64,000 nucleotides of DNA from positions 193,378,001 to 193,442,000 of the forward strand of contig NC_091475.1 in the NCBI RefSeq assembly GCF_036971445.1. The letters are read 5' to 3'. A model generated the notes under the pieces. That model did not search any database. It saw only the letters and a list, made by a program, of their open reading frames with translations, and was not told the origin of the DNA. Below are positions 62,601 through 64,000 of this stretch, piece by piece; position 1 is the first letter of the stretch, and each line of letters starts with the position of its first letter. The stretch is from Narcine bancroftii (taxonomy: Eukaryota). A program made the position numbers and the translations under genes.

Positions 62601-64000
62601 AGATGAGGAAACAGGTTTGATGGGTCTTAAAAGCAAGGACTTTGGACACACAGTTTTGGTAGCAAAGGATTTTATTTACTGAAGGAAAAACGTGGGAGAA
62701 TTGTAACAGTTGTAGCACACGCATATACACACATGCAATTTACAGCAGCTGTGGGGAAAAAGGTAGTGGCAGTGAAACTGCGAACAATTTATTAGCGTTC
62801 GTGGGGAAATAGTCAGTAAGTGATTAAACACACGCAGGCAACTAATAACAAATGTGGGAACAAACTGCATATACACAAACAATCAAGGGAAAAGTCAATG
62901 CCTACCGCCCTTTAACTCTGTGGAGGCACAGCTCTATGTTATTTAGGAACAATAATCAAATGCTCCCAACCTGATTTAGTGCAAAGCTCACCAACAGTTT
63001 CTCCAGCACCGTTCCACATTCCTCAGCTTGGAGTGAAGCAGGGTAGGGTGGTCTCTCAAAGATGGCAAAAGAGGGAGAATAAAGAACCCATGGCACTTTT
63101 ATAGTGCTGGAGGGTCCAGCCTAGGCATTAGCAGAGAACAATGGCTCAGTGCCAGGAGGGTAATCCAATTACAACAGTCAATGGCCCAAGGCCAAGTACA
63201 GGCAGGCTGGAGAGTCCAATCCAGATAATTTACATGGGACCAACGGCAAGGTGTGCACTAATGGGTGGGGCGGGACCAAACCTTGATTGTGTCCTCCAAC
63301 AGCCACGACCCTTCCCAATACACACTCTAATAGAAAGTGGTATCTAGATTGAGGTAGTGCTGGGTTTCAGACTAATTTTTGAATTTGTTTTGTCTTCAGT
63401 GCATATGACCAGGTTTATAGCTATCCAAGTAAAAATACAATGCTGGATAAACCCAGCAGGACAAACTATACTTTGAGGCAAAATTACACATACATATCCA
63501 ATGTCTTGAATTTGAGCCATTCATCAAGATGTGAACGAATATCGGCAGTGCTTTAACAAAATGGTCGGGGGTGGGGGAGGGACGGGGAGCAGAACACAGT
63601 CCCAAAGGCACCTCTACTTTTGTTCAGGTTACCCTGAAACCTGATCCAAAGAGGAATTACTGGTATATTCTGCAGTTTCATTTGCTATTTTGTTTACTTT
63701 TACTCTATGTAATTTTCATATTTGATGTACTGTAAATAGCAAGTCCCAAATCTGATTAAATTCTTTTGGGGAAAGTTGCTAAACATTTCAGAATATCATG
63801 ATGGTTCTTGAGTGCTCTGCCTAATGCCTACATGTGAGGTTCTGTGGCAACTGGTCTGATCTCAGAAACTAAGCAGGCTCAGGACTGGTCAGAACTTGGA
63901 AGGGAGACTGCATGGGAACCCCAGGTGCTGTGGGTTTCTGAGGGATGCTAGACTGCACTGCAGTGGTGCCTTTAGTATGCTGCTGAACGTTTGCTTTTTG

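Overview
Eukaryotic, AT-rich, intron- and transposon-rich vertebrate DNA, not prokaryotic. The repeat content (HER1/CR1-type LINEs, tRNA-SINEs with CR1-like tails, Rex1/Babar, RTE, Penelope termini) suggests a cartilaginous fish; this is inference. The ORF track is mostly noise, so the host genes were rebuilt by hand from splice sites. They are: the last two coding exons and 3'UTR of MGAT4A (+, 5877-11787, UTR to ~14.95 kb); a complete UNC50 (-, 5 coding exons 31642->24054, 257 aa); and a complete COA5 (+, 3 coding exons 37138-45435, 75 aa). UNC50 and COA5 share a head-to-head CpG-island promoter whose core is tandemly duplicated (~310 bp), including the COA5 ATG. Downstream lie a full-length but decayed PIF/Harbinger transposon (50960-54956) and a second CpG island with a ZNF143 site and a probable non-coding first exon of an unidentified gene. 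A ~35-copy 56-bp hairpin-forming minisatellite follows it. There are also six solo LTRs of one ~0.8-1 kb family, smaller LTRs, MITEs and Penelope ends with hammerhead-ribozyme-like cores. I found no CRISPR array, rRNA or true tRNA gene, and no clearly new multi-gene system. The best leads are the promoter duplication, a hAT MITE built from SINE tails, the ribozyme remnants and the structured minisatellite. Gene identities rest on my recall of the human proteins, and TE boundaries without TSDs are approximate.
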